DNA of 63,491 bases. Source: Pyrinomonadaceae bacterium (GTDB lineage: Bacteria > Acidobacteriota > Blastocatellia > Pyrinomonadales > Pyrinomonadaceae). This document shows, one piece after another, positions 1 to 9,800 of this stretch (positions within the stretch are counted from its first letter, which is position 1; every line of letters starts with the position of its first letter). The DNA lies in contig JBEBGW010000001.1 in assembly GCA_040081025.1 (NCBI GenBank), positions 1-63,491 on the forward strand. The letters run 5' to 3'. The notes under the pieces were generated by a model that saw only the letters and a list, made by a program, of their open reading frames with translations, was not told where the DNA came from and did not search any database. Both the position numbers and the translations under genes were made by a program.

Positions 1-197
1 AGTCGTTTGTCGAATTCGTCAGTTCTCACGACAAACTTTTCGTCATCGAACAAAACCGCGATGCCCAGTTCCGAACACTTATGATGGCTGAGTTAGGTGT
101 CGACGCGGCAAAGATCGTATCCGTCCTAAACTACGACGGTATGCCGATAACGGCGGATAATATTTGCCGGCAAATTAAGAGTAAAATAGAAAACTAA
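1..197 (+). CDS. 2-oxoacid:ferredoxin oxidoreductase alpha subunit (KorA-like), 3' fragment; 5' end outside window
   Basis: The frame is open from the window edge (codon phase from nt 3) and ends ...DNICRQIKSKIEN. Its TAA at 195-197 overlaps the ATG of the next gene (TAATG coupling). The call rests mainly on coupling to the KorB-like gene. Confidence 0.5.
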   Translation, partial: SFVEFVSSHDKLFVIEQNRDAQFRTLMMAELGVDAAKIVSVLNYDGMPITADNICRQIKSKIEN

Positions 198-1249
198 TGA
201 CCTACATTAGATCCACATTCCGACATCCTGCATTACCGAAGAATGAGCTCGGCTACACGGTCGATTATTACGAGGGCAGCTTGAGCACGCTGTGTGCGGG
301 TTGTGGACATGACTCCATCAACGCCGCGATCGTGCAGGCTTGTTGGGAGATGAACATCGAGCCGCACAAGGTGGCGAAGCTATCAGGCATCGGGTGTTCG
401 TCGAAGTCGCCCGCTTATTTCTTATCGAACTCGCACGGGTTCAACTCCGTTCACGGACGCATGCCGTCGGTGGCGACGGGTGCGAATCTGGCTAACCGCG
501 AACTGATCTACTTTGGCGTGTCGGGTGACGGCGATACGGCTTCGATCGGGATGGGCCAGTTCGTTCACGTCGTCAGACGAAACCTGAATATGGTTTATCT
601 GGTGATGAACAACGGCTGTTACGGCCTGACCAAGGGACAGGATTCCGCGACCGCCGATGCCGGTTCGAAGAGTAAAGCCGGATCCGTCAATCTTTTCGAG
701 GCGATCGATCTTTCTTCACTTGCGATCGAGCTTGGGGCAACGTTTGTCGGACAGAGTTTCTCGGGCGACAAAGAACAACTCGTCCCGTTGCTCAAGGCCG
801 CAATGCATCACAAAGGCTTCGCTTTCCTCAATGTCATTTCGCCGTGTGTCACCTTCAACAACAATCCCGGTTCCACCAAGTCGTACGACTATGTCCGTGA
901 ACACGTTGAGATCACCGGAACGATGGACTTCGCTCCGATGATGACCGAGATCACGACCACCTATGAAGCTGGCTCGGTCAATGATCTGGTAATGCACGAC
1001 GGCATGACGATCCGCCTTCACAAGCTTGCCAAGGATTGGGATCCGTTCGATCGCATATCGGCAGCGAGCGCGATGCAGAAGGCGAAAGCCAGCGGCGAGA
1101 TCCTGACGGGACTGCTCTACATCGATCGAGATTCTACTCCTCTCCACGAGACCCTGGCTGTCAGCGAGCATCCGTTGAACTCACTTTCCGAGAGCGTGCT
1201 TTGCCCGGGAAGTTCGGCCCTCGACAAACTGAACACCAGCCTTCGTTAA
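197..1249 (+). CDS. korB: 2-oxoglutarate/2-oxoacid:ferredoxin oxidoreductase beta subunit (TPP-binding)
   Basis: 350-aa ORF. It has the N-terminal CAGCGHDS cysteine motif and the thiamine-PP signature GDGD...NNGCYGLTKGQ typical of OFOR beta subunits. Confidence 0.8.
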   Translation: MTYIRSTFRHPALPKNELGYTVDYYEGSLSTLCAGCGHDSINAAIVQACWEMNIEPHKVAKLSGIGCSSKSPAYFLSNSHGFNSVHGRMPSVATGANLANRELIYFGVSGDGDTASIGMGQFVHVVRRNLNMVYLVMNNGCYGLTKGQDSATADAGSKSKAGSVNLFEAIDLSSLAIELGATFVGQSFSGDKEQLVPLLKAAMHHKGFAFLNVISPCVTFNNNPGSTKSYDYVREHVEITGTMDFAPMMTEITTTYEAGSVNDLVMHDGMTIRLHKLAKDWDPFDRISAASAMQKAKASGEILTGLLYIDRDSTPLHETLAVSEHPLNSLSESVLCPGSSALDKLNTSLR

Positions 1250-1299
1250 CACATCCGACACAAATTCCTCTTGCAATCGCTAGATGTGTATGTTATTAA

Positions 1300-1311
1300 G
1301 TTAACGTTAAC
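1300..1311. promoter_or_regulatory. Perfect 12-bp palindrome GTTAACGTTAAC, candidate LacI-family operator (autoregulation)
   Basis: Read directly from the sequence. It has a CG centre and lies ~20 bp upstream of the LacI-family gene start (TTG 1329 / ATG 1332). Confidence 0.5.
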
Positions 1312-1328
1312 ATCCTCTCCGGTAGTTT

Positions 1329-2393
1329 TTGATGAGCCGAAATATTAGACGAAAACCCGCGACGCTTAGCGACGTCGCAGCGACGATCGGAGTTGCTCCG
1401 ATGACCGTGTCGCGCGTCATCAACGGCAACGGCTACGTCAGCGAAGAGACCCGCGAAAAGGTCCTTGAGGCGGTCAAGAAGATGAACTATCGCCGCAATG
1501 GACTCGCGCGCAATCTCAAGCGCCAGAGAACCGACACGGTCGGGCTTGTGATCGGCGATATCTCGAATCCTTTCTCGACCGAATTAGCTAACGCGGTGCG
1601 TGAAAGCCTGTCCGCACGGGGTTACAACCTCTTTATCTGCATTAGCGAGCATAGTGCAAAGGAGGACATCGCCGCGTTCGAATCCTTTGTCGATCACAAC
1701 ATTGACGGAATCATTGTAGCCACGCGTTCGAACGAAGAGGGCGACGAACGGTTAAACGAGATCGCAGACAGCGGCGTGCCGATCGTCGTGGTTGGGCGCG
1801 ATTTTCGTCATGAGTCTGTCGATTCGATTTCGGCGGATAACTTCACCGGAGGGTTCGAGGCGACTCAACATCTGATCGATCTCGGGCACAATCGGATCGG
1901 TTTTATTGGTGCCGGATTCGAAAATCGCTCACGCCTCAAGCGTCTTCAGGGATACCTGAGTGCCCTGACGAAACATGGAATTCAGATCGATGAGAGGTTG
2001 ATAACCGGAAGGCGGGACTCTTCTCGCGATACGCCGGGATATTCGACTGAGGCGATCGGGTATGAAGGTATGAAGCGGCTTTTGTCATTACCGATTCGGC
2101 CGACGGCAGTGTTTGCTCGTAATGACTTCACGGCTGTTGGAGCGATCTCCGCGGCCAAGGAAGCCGGGCTGAGAATCCCGCAAGATATTGCAATTGTTGG
2201 GTTTGACGATACTCCGCTTGCGGTTCACACTACGCCGCCGCTGACGACGGTTCGTCAACCGATGAAGCTTCAGGGCCAGTTGGCCGCGGAGATGCTGCTT
2301 CGACGGATCTCCGGTGAGGCAGAAGACACTACTGAGAAACGCATCCTTGATTGCGAGCTAATAATCCGCGAATCGACCGTCGCGCAAAGTTAG
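1329..2393 (+). CDS. LacI-family transcriptional regulator
   Basis: N-terminal HTH ATLSDVAATIGVAPMTVSRVINGNGYVSEETREKV followed by a periplasmic-binding-fold sugar domain. ATG at 1332 is the more likely start. Confidence 0.9.
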   Translation: MMSRNIRRKPATLSDVAATIGVAPMTVSRVINGNGYVSEETREKVLEAVKKMNYRRNGLARNLKRQRTDTVGLVIGDISNPFSTELANAVRESLSARGYNLFICISEHSAKEDIAAFESFVDHNIDGIIVATRSNEEGDERLNEIADSGVPIVVVGRDFRHESVDSISADNFTGGFEATQHLIDLGHNRIGFIGAGFENRSRLKRLQGYLSALTKHGIQIDERLITGRRDSSRDTPGYSTEAIGYEGMKRLLSLPIRPTAVFARNDFTAVGAISAAKEAGLRIPQDIAIVGFDDTPLAVHTTPPLTTVRQPMKLQGQLAAEMLLRRISGEAEDTTEKRILDCELIIRESTVAQS

Positions 2394-2423
2394 AGCGATA
2401 GAAGGTAAGATGACCCGGTTCCT

Positions 2424-4655
2424 ATGACCATGCCTGTTAACGTTACCAGAGAATCACATACGCGTTGCTTTGCGATCGCGGTGGTCTTGTGTGTAGTTGC
2501 GTTTGCCGGGGTCGATCTATCTGCACAGGAGATTCGTCCCTTTGAAGAGTTACTCGCGAGACCGGTTTCATTAAAGAAAGGGAACGCCGGCGTACATCCA
2601 CGACTCTTCTTCAGTGCGGCGGATATTTCGGGAATGCGGGAGAAGGCGAAGGGTGAAGGTAAAGAGCTTTGGGCGACGACTCTCAAAGACATACAAACTT
2701 TGCGGCGTGCGGTGCCGGATCCGAGGGATGAAGACCTGTACAAGAGCGGCCTCGACAAACGTAAACCCGGAAGCATCGCTCAATACGGTTTTGCGTTTCA
2801 GATCACGCAGACGAGCCTTGCGTATGTGATCGAGCAAGACGAGCGATATTTAGAAGCCGCTAAGGAATGGACGCTGGCGGCCTGCGATATGCCGCTTTGG
2901 GGTTACACATACAACAAGCCGAACGTCGATCTGCCGCCCGCACATCTACTTTACGCGGTTGCGTTCGCCTACGACGTTCTTCACGACAAGCTGACCGCTG
3001 CCGAGAAGGAAACGATCCGGAACAAACTCGTGAAGCAGGGCCGGCTGATGTACGACTATTTCAAGTACAAACCGGGCAAGCGTTACACGTACACGCAGAA
3101 TCACACATGGATCCCGATGGCGGGCCTTGCTATCGCGGCCTACGCGATCATGGACGAGGTTCCGGAAGCAGCCGAATGGGCAAAGCTATCTAGGGCTGTA
3201 TTCGGCCGAACGATGGTCGCGTTCGGCACCGATGGCTACTTCTACGAGAGCTTTCATTACTTCGGCTTCGCGTTTCGCTGGATGATCCGATACTTCGACG
3301 CGCATCTTTCCGTTACCGGCGAGAACCTTTACGGGGTGATGAAGCCGAAGTTCGACGGGATGAAGTATTTCGCGATGCACTCGGTCTTACCGGATGGCGA
3401 GAACGTGTTCGATTTCGCGGACGTTGGCGACGGATCGCTGAATCGGAACGGGACGAGCAAGCGGGAAAGCACCTATTCGGAGTACGACATTCTTTATCGC
3501 TTCGCTTCGGTTTATAAGGACTCGCAGGCCCAGGCGATAGCCGACTTTCTTCGCACCGAAACAAAGCTCGAGACTCGCGAACCGATGTGGGCATTTCTCT
3601 CTCGTGATCCATCGCTAAAGGCGTCGGCCCTTTCGGAGATACCGCTTCAGTACCACTTCAAAGATAACGACACGGTCTTTTGGCGTTCGGCGTGGACAAA
3701 GGATGCGACCGCATTCGCGTTCAGATGTGCGCCTCCCGAGGGACATCACGCTGCGCGGCTGAATTCGAAGATCAAGGATTGGCGGCAGAACACCGGACAC
3801 GCTCACCCGGACGCGAACTCGTTCATCATCTGGGCGAACGGCCGATATCTGACTGGTGACACAGGCTATCTCGGCATCAAGCAAACTGACGATCACAACA
3901 CGATCCTCGTAAATGGACGCGGCCAGGAGAAGGACGGCGTTTACGAGATGTTCAAAGAAGTGCCGAACGAACGGCTCGATAAGATCCGTCTTGCCGAGGT
4001 CGATGCAGGCTCCGGATATCTATACGCTCGCGGCGAAGCGGCGTCCGGATACTACGCCGACCTCGGCATTCAAAAGTTCGATCGCCATTTCATATACGTC
4101 GAGCCCGGATATTTCGTTGTTTGGGATGAACTCCAAACCTCGAAGCCCTCAACATTCACATTTCTCTTGAATGCGGACAGAGAGATCATCGGCAAGGATG
4201 CAAAGTTTGAACTGATCAATGGTGACGCTCGGTTGCTTGTAGAGCGGCTTGATCCGATCGCCGCGTCGTCGGAGATCACTGATCAGAAGGTACAGGCCCG
4301 CGGGCTGCCGGGAAGTGTCGACAAGGGAGACAGCGAGATACGCGGTCGGCAGCTTCGCGTAACCACGACATCTGAAACGACGAATGGCGGTTTTCTGCAT
4401 GTGCTGGTACCGGCAAAGGTCGGGGCTTCGCCAGTTGCCGGAATCGACAGGATCGATGGCGGGCTTCGAGTTCGGCTCGCGAATGGCCGCTCCGACACGA
4501 TATGTCTTGGTGGTCCTTGCAACGGCCTGAAGAGTATTCCAGGACGGGTCGTCATCCACCGCGGCGACTCCGCGTCGGCTCTGGTCTTCCAGCGGCCACA
4601 AAGCGCAACGGCAAAAAATTTTGAGGATCGAGAAAATTGGTCAATCCAATTTTGA
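2424..4655 (+). CDS. Heparinase II/III-like polysaccharide lyase (secreted)
   Basis: 743 aa with a signal-like segment CFAIAVVLCVVAFAGVDLSAQ. It is a full-length paralogue of 12600-14585, sharing the blocks WGYTYNKPNVDL, QNHTWIP, GHAHPDANSFIIW and DDHNTI. I recognise these blocks from heparinase II/III-type lyases. Confidence 0.75.
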   Translation: MTMPVNVTRESHTRCFAIAVVLCVVAFAGVDLSAQEIRPFEELLARPVSLKKGNAGVHPRLFFSAADISGMREKAKGEGKELWATTLKDIQTLRRAVPDPRDEDLYKSGLDKRKPGSIAQYGFAFQITQTSLAYVIEQDERYLEAAKEWTLAACDMPLWGYTYNKPNVDLPPAHLLYAVAFAYDVLHDKLTAAEKETIRNKLVKQGRLMYDYFKYKPGKRYTYTQNHTWIPMAGLAIAAYAIMDEVPEAAEWAKLSRAVFGRTMVAFGTDGYFYESFHYFGFAFRWMIRYFDAHLSVTGENLYGVMKPKFDGMKYFAMHSVLPDGENVFDFADVGDGSLNRNGTSKRESTYSEYDILYRFASVYKDSQAQAIADFLRTETKLETREPMWAFLSRDPSLKASALSEIPLQYHFKDNDTVFWRSAWTKDATAFAFRCAPPEGHHAARLNSKIKDWRQNTGHAHPDANSFIIWANGRYLTGDTGYLGIKQTDDHNTILVNGRGQEKDGVYEMFKEVPNERLDKIRLAEVDAGSGYLYARGEAASGYYADLGIQKFDRHFIYVEPGYFVVWDELQTSKPSTFTFLLNADREIIGKDAKFELINGDARLLVERLDPIAASSEITDQKVQARGLPGSVDKGDSEIRGRQLRVTTTSETTNGGFLHVLVPAKVGASPVAGIDRIDGGLRVRLANGRSDTICLGGPCNGLKSIPGRVVIHRGDSASALVFQRPQSATAKNFEDRENWSIQF
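2434..2449. promoter_or_regulatory. Near-palindrome CTGTTAACGTTACCAG, second copy of the GTTAACGTT operator-like core
   Basis: 14 of 16 positions are self-complementary. It shares the core with the 1300-1311 palindrome and overlaps the first codons of the lyase gene. Confidence 0.4.
4633..4653. promoter_or_regulatory. Inverted repeat AAAATTGG-TCAAT-CCAATTTT (operator motif A, site 1)
   Basis: Perfect 8-bp arms, 8 bp upstream of the ExuT-like start codon, overlapping the last codons and first stop-codon base of the upstream lyase gene. The same ATTGG-N5-CCAA core recurs at 14765, 39468 and 55865. Confidence 0.5.
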
Positions 4656-4660
4656 ATTGA

Positions 4661-6004
4661 ATGGCAAATAGCACGTCACAAAACAGCTTCAAGGTGCGCG
4701 GACTTCGGTGGGTCATTATCGGGCTCGTCTTCTTTGCGACGCTGATCAATTACATTGATCGGCTTACGATCTCGGTCCTGGCTCCTTTGATCACCAAGGA
4801 ACTCAACCTAACGAACACCGAGTTCGGCGGCATTGCAACCTGGTTTCTCTTCGCCTATACGATCAGTCAGGCACTTTCAGGAAAGCTGTACGACCGGATC
4901 GGCATTAAGAAAGGTTTTACGGTCTCGATAATCGTATGGTCACTTGCGGCGATGGCCCATGCGTTTTCGATCGGTATCAAATCGCTTAGTGCATTCCGAT
5001 TCATGCTTGGTCTAGGCGAGGCAGGAAATTGGCCGGGAGCTGCGAAAACGGTATCCGAATGGTTCCCGGCGCGTCAGCGTGCGTTGGGCATGGCGATCTT
5101 CAACAGCGGTGCCGCGATCGGGTCGATCGTCGCGCCGCCGATCATCGTCGGGATCACGGCCTACTTCGGCCACTGGCAGCAGACGTTCATTGTCACCGGT
5201 GCGCTCGGATTCGCGTGGTTGATCGCCTGGTATCTCATCTACGACTCGCCAGAGAATCACAAGTGGATCACTCCCGAAGAATATCGCCTGATCAAGGAAC
5301 AGGACGACCATTTTGAAGCAGTCGCTCCGCCCGAAACGACTATCGCCGAGGAAGTGGCCGTAACACTACCTGAAGAGCGGGCAATTGGCTGGTTCGAGCT
5401 GCTGACGTACCGCCAAACATGGGCGATCATTCTTGCACGACTACTCGTCGATCCAGTGTGGTGGCTATACATCACCTGGCTGCCGCTATACCTGAGTCAG
5501 GTTCACGGATTCGATCTGAAGCAGATCGGTTTGTTCGCATGGGTGCCGTTCGTTGCTGCGGACGCTGGAAGCCTGTTCGGCGGCTGGCTATCCGGTCATT
5601 TGATCAGCCGAGGATGGTCGGTAAATTCAGCTCGGAAGATCGTGATCGCATTTGCCGCGTGTTTGATGCCCGCCGGGATCATTGCCGCATTTACGGCGAG
5701 TGCGATGCTTGCGCTCGTTATGATCGCGATCGTCCTTTTCGGATTTCAAGTTTGGATCAACAACGTGCAGACGCTGCCGAGCGACATGTTCCCGTCAAAA
5801 GCCGTCGGATCGGTTGCAGGTCTCGGCGGAACCGGAGCGGGTATCGGATCGATGATATTTACGTTTACGACCGGCTGGGTGACCGACCACTTTTCATACG
5901 CACCGATCCTTATTGCCGCTGGACTGCTGGCGCCGATCGGCACCGTGGTGCTGTTTACGCTCGCGGGAAATATCAAACGGGTTACATTGGCGACGCCAAG
6001 ATAA
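4661..6004 (+). CDS. exuT: MFS hexuronate transporter (ExuT-like, ACS family)
   Basis: 447 aa and multi-TM. It is collinear from memory with E. coli ExuT (LRW..I.L...... segment, SEWFPARQRA, GAAIGSIVAPPI, blocks around ...PEEY). Confidence 0.8.
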   Translation: MANSTSQNSFKVRGLRWVIIGLVFFATLINYIDRLTISVLAPLITKELNLTNTEFGGIATWFLFAYTISQALSGKLYDRIGIKKGFTVSIIVWSLAAMAHAFSIGIKSLSAFRFMLGLGEAGNWPGAAKTVSEWFPARQRALGMAIFNSGAAIGSIVAPPIIVGITAYFGHWQQTFIVTGALGFAWLIAWYLIYDSPENHKWITPEEYRLIKEQDDHFEAVAPPETTIAEEVAVTLPEERAIGWFELLTYRQTWAIILARLLVDPVWWLYITWLPLYLSQVHGFDLKQIGLFAWVPFVAADAGSLFGGWLSGHLISRGWSVNSARKIVIAFAACLMPAGIIAAFTASAMLALVMIAIVLFGFQVWINNVQTLPSDMFPSKAVGSVAGLGGTGAGIGSMIFTFTTGWVTDHFSYAPILIAAGLLAPIGTVVLFTLAGNIKRVTLATPR

Positions 6005-6034
6005 GACATTTTACAATTTTAGGAGTTACAGATT

Positions 6035-6853
6035 ATGAAGAACTTTTTCGATTTCACGGGCAAGGTGGTACTCGTCACCGGAGCCTCGAGCGGCATTGGC
6101 CGGGCAACGGCCGAGCTGTTCGGGCAATGCGGAGCATCGGTCGCGATCAGTTATCTGAAGAACAAGGTCGGAGCAGACGAGGCTGTTGCGGCGATCTCGG
6201 CTAACGGTCACGGACGTTTTGTCGGCAATGCCGACGGATCGGCTGTCGGAACCGTAACGGTTGCGGCGAAGGCCTTTCAGGCGGACGTAACGACGAACGA
6301 AGCCGTCGTGAAGCTCGTTCGCGAAGTAGAGGAAAACTTCGGCGGCATCGACATTCTCGTCAACAACGCCGGTTCGCTGGTTGAGCGTCTCCGCACGCAG
6401 GAGCTGACCGAGACACGTTGGAACGAAGTCTTTCAGCTCAACTCGACGAGTGCGTTCTTTGCGGCGCAAGCGGCGATCCCGAAGATGCTCGAGAAGGGTG
6501 GCGGAGCGATCGTCAACGTCACCTCGATCGCGGCACGCAACGGCGGAGCTCCGGGTTCGATCCACTATTCATCGGCAAAGGCCGCAATGCTCACGATGAC
6601 GAAAGGTCTAGCCAAGGAGTACGCGAATCAGGGCATCCGAGTGAATGCGGTTTCGCCGGGTGTGATCGATACGCCGTACCACGAAACCTTCACGGCTCGC
6701 GACGTGTGGAACAACATGAGCAACATGATCCCAATGGGCAGGGTCGGCAGAGCCGCCGAGGTTGCGAGCGTGATCGCTTTCCTCGCGTCGGACGCCGCCG
6801 CCTACATATGCGGCGAGACGATAGAGATCAATGGGGGAATGTTAATGGACTAA
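6035..6853 (+). CDS. SDR-family oxidoreductase (KduD/FabG-like)
   Basis: TGASSGIG Rossmann motif, NNAG, and catalytic S...YSSAK. It carries an atypical ~20-aa insert before the QADVT strand. Confidence 0.85.
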   Translation: MKNFFDFTGKVVLVTGASSGIGRATAELFGQCGASVAISYLKNKVGADEAVAAISANGHGRFVGNADGSAVGTVTVAAKAFQADVTTNEAVVKLVREVEENFGGIDILVNNAGSLVERLRTQELTETRWNEVFQLNSTSAFFAAQAAIPKMLEKGGGAIVNVTSIAARNGGAPGSIHYSSAKAAMLTMTKGLAKEYANQGIRVNAVSPGVIDTPYHETFTARDVWNNMSNMIPMGRVGRAAEVASVIAFLASDAAAYICGETIEINGGMLMD

Positions 6854-6870
6854 CTGTCCCGGAGAAAACG

Positions 6871-9800
6871 ATGAAAAGAATCAATCAGATACTTACGACT
6901 AGCTTCATTATCGCCTCCTTCGCGATCATCGCTTCGGCACAAAGCTTCCGGGCTACCCTCGTTGGCCGCGTCACAGATCCGAGCGGAGCGACGGTCGCTG
7001 GAGCGAACGTAACCGTGACGCAGAACGGAACAAACTTCACCAGAACCGTTACGACGAATGGCGACGGCGAGTACGTAGTTTCAGAGATCCAGCCGGGCGG
7101 ATACACCGTAAAGATCGACGCGAACGGCTTCAAAGGTGCGATCAATCAGAACGTGATCCTTGAGACCGATCAGACACGTCGCTTCGACGTCAAACTGGAC
7201 GTCGGCAGTGTAAATGAAACTGTCACGGTCGAGGCAGAGCCGCCTACGATCAACTCGGAAACTCCCGAAAAGGGTGACGTGATCGTGCAGCGTCAGGTTC
7301 AGGAACTGCCGCTTAACGTTCGAGACTTTGTGGATCTCGCAAAGCTGGTTCCCGGGATCTATCAACGTCCGAGCGACGACGATCAGGGCCAGGGCCTCGC
7401 GTCGGCTGGAACGCGAACCGATTCGACAAACTTCATTCTTGATGGCGTCGGGAACCGCGATGACCGCAACGGCGGTGTCGGGGTGAACACGTCAGTGGAT
7501 TCGATCCAGGAGTTCAAGGTATCAACGTCGACTTACGGCGCAGAATACGGTCGACTCGCCGGAGCGCAGATCAGCGTTGTATCCAAGTCGGGTACGAACA
7601 GATTCTCGGGTTCGTTGTTCGAGTTTGTTCGGAACGATTTCTTTGACGCGAACAACGTATTTACTCCGGCTGGTCAAGGGAAGACCCTGAGGCGTCATCA
7701 ATTCGGCGGATCGCTGGGCGGCCCGCTGCCGTTCTTTAATTTCGGCGAGAACGATAAGATCTTCGACAGCGGGAAGGACAAGATGTTCTTCTTCACAAGC
7801 TTCGAGCAGCTTCGTGAAGTCAGGTCACAGGCCGCGAGCAGCCTTGCTCCGACCGTTCCGTGGGCAAACGGGGATTTCCGTGACGTCCGCGGAGCAGGGA
7901 CCGACGGAATCCTGGGGAATGCCGACGACACAAATCGCGTGATGTGTCTTCGACGGAGTTCGAATCCGTTGCGTCCGACGCGAGTGGAGTGTCCGACGCC
8001 GAATGTGATCCCACTCGCCCCGGTGGCCGGCGATCCAAACCTTCTATACGCAAGCCCGGTTTCGCTGGCGATCCTCGGTTTCTTCCCGCGTGCCGACGAT
8101 GCAAGCGGATTTGCAAGGTTTGCGAATATCGCGAACACACTTCCACGCAATCTTTTCTCGGTCAAGATCGATCGAAAGCTCAGTGAAAAGAACAGCTTCT
8201 ATTTCCGTTACTCCCTCGACAATCGTAAGGCGTACCAGCCGCAGGCCGGACGCATCAACTATCCCGGATTCCTGCGGAACTGGGATTATCAGCAGTCGTC
8301 CTATGCGTTCGGCGATACGCACACTTTCACGCCGACGCTCATTAACGATTTCCGTATCGGATTGCTCGATCAGGATCGAAAGACCCTCAACGAAAATAAC
8401 GACACGGACTACATTGGACTGTTCGGAATTCCCGGACTTCCGACCGGGCAAGAGGCACAGTGGCAGGGATTTCCGGCGATCCGAATCGATGGATTTCCTG
8501 ACAGCGGCGACAGTGCGAACACGCCGTTCAATTACGTCTACAAAGGATTCTCAGTCAGCGATACGGTGACCTGGGTCACGGGAAGTCATTCATTCAAGTT
8601 TGGTGTCGATATAAATCGACCGAACTATATTGAGAGCGACATTCGGAACGTTCGAGGTGATTTCCGATTCCGCGGGCGGTTCACCAATCCGGCGAACGCG
8701 GTTGCAACTGGGTTCCGATCGTTTGCCGATTTCATCTACGGTATACCTGATTCGACCCAGCGTCAGATCGGGGCAGATGCTGCTGATCTTCAGGCTTGGC
8801 AATCGGCATTCTTTGTTCAGGATAGTTGGCGCGCAGCATCGTGGCTGACGCTGACTATGGGTGTTCGCTATGATTACACACCCTATCTGTACGAGAAGAA
8901 TGATCGCATTTCGAACTTCATGCCGGAGCTCGGACTAGCCGCGTGTTCCAGCGGAGAATTCCGCACTCCGGCGGGTGCGTTGGTCTGCGTCGACCGCGAT
9001 ACGCTCGGCCTGCCGAGAGCATTGGTCGAAACGGACAAGAACAACCTTGCCCCGCGTTTCGGCTTCGCGTTGAAGCCCTTCAAGAATGACAAGACCGTGA
9101 TCCGTGGTGGAGCCGGGATCTTCTACAGCACCGAGACGATCAATCCGGCTCGACAGATGCTTGCGTTGAATTATCCCTACCTTGCTCGCGAACAATTCAG
9201 CCGGGCATCGACGGCGGACATTCTGCAGCTGACCTGGGCAGATCCGTTCCCGTCAAATCGCTCGGCCCTCCAAGGGGTCGATACGCCGCAGGGAATCCCG
9301 ACCGACGCACAGACGCCGGAGGTATACCAGTTCAACCTCACGCTCGAACACGAACTAACTAAAGATCTCGGACTCGAGATCGGCTACGTCGGATCGCAAG
9401 GGCGGCATCTGGGAATGCGATACAACCTCAACTACCAGTATCCGACCGGTGCGATCGGCTCAAACGGATTGCCCTTAACCGCTCGCGCGTTTCCGACCTA
9501 CGGCGATATCACGTACCAGTCGCAGGAAGTGAACTCGAACTACAACGCTCTGCAGGTCGCGGTCCGACGAAGATCGAGGGCCGGCCTAACCTTGCTTGCG
9601 TCGTATACGTTCGGCAAGGCGATGGACCAAAACTCGAACACGAACAATTCGACCACCGGTTCGCAGCGGAGTCCGCAGGATATCAAGGACTTTGCGAACG
9701 AATGGGCGTTGGCCGATTACCACAGAACTCATCAGTTCTCTGGAAGCTTCAACTACGATCTTCCTTTCGGCCGCGGCAAGGCGTTCTTTAGTGGAGCACG

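Noticed and set aside
6418-6870. N-terminal 151 codons of the 1293-aa ORF (6418-10299)
   Set aside because: This stretch overlaps the well-supported SDR gene in another frame and is Arg/Gly-rich and unstructured-looking. ATG 6871 has an RBS and yields a proper signal peptide, so it is just an upstream open stretch.
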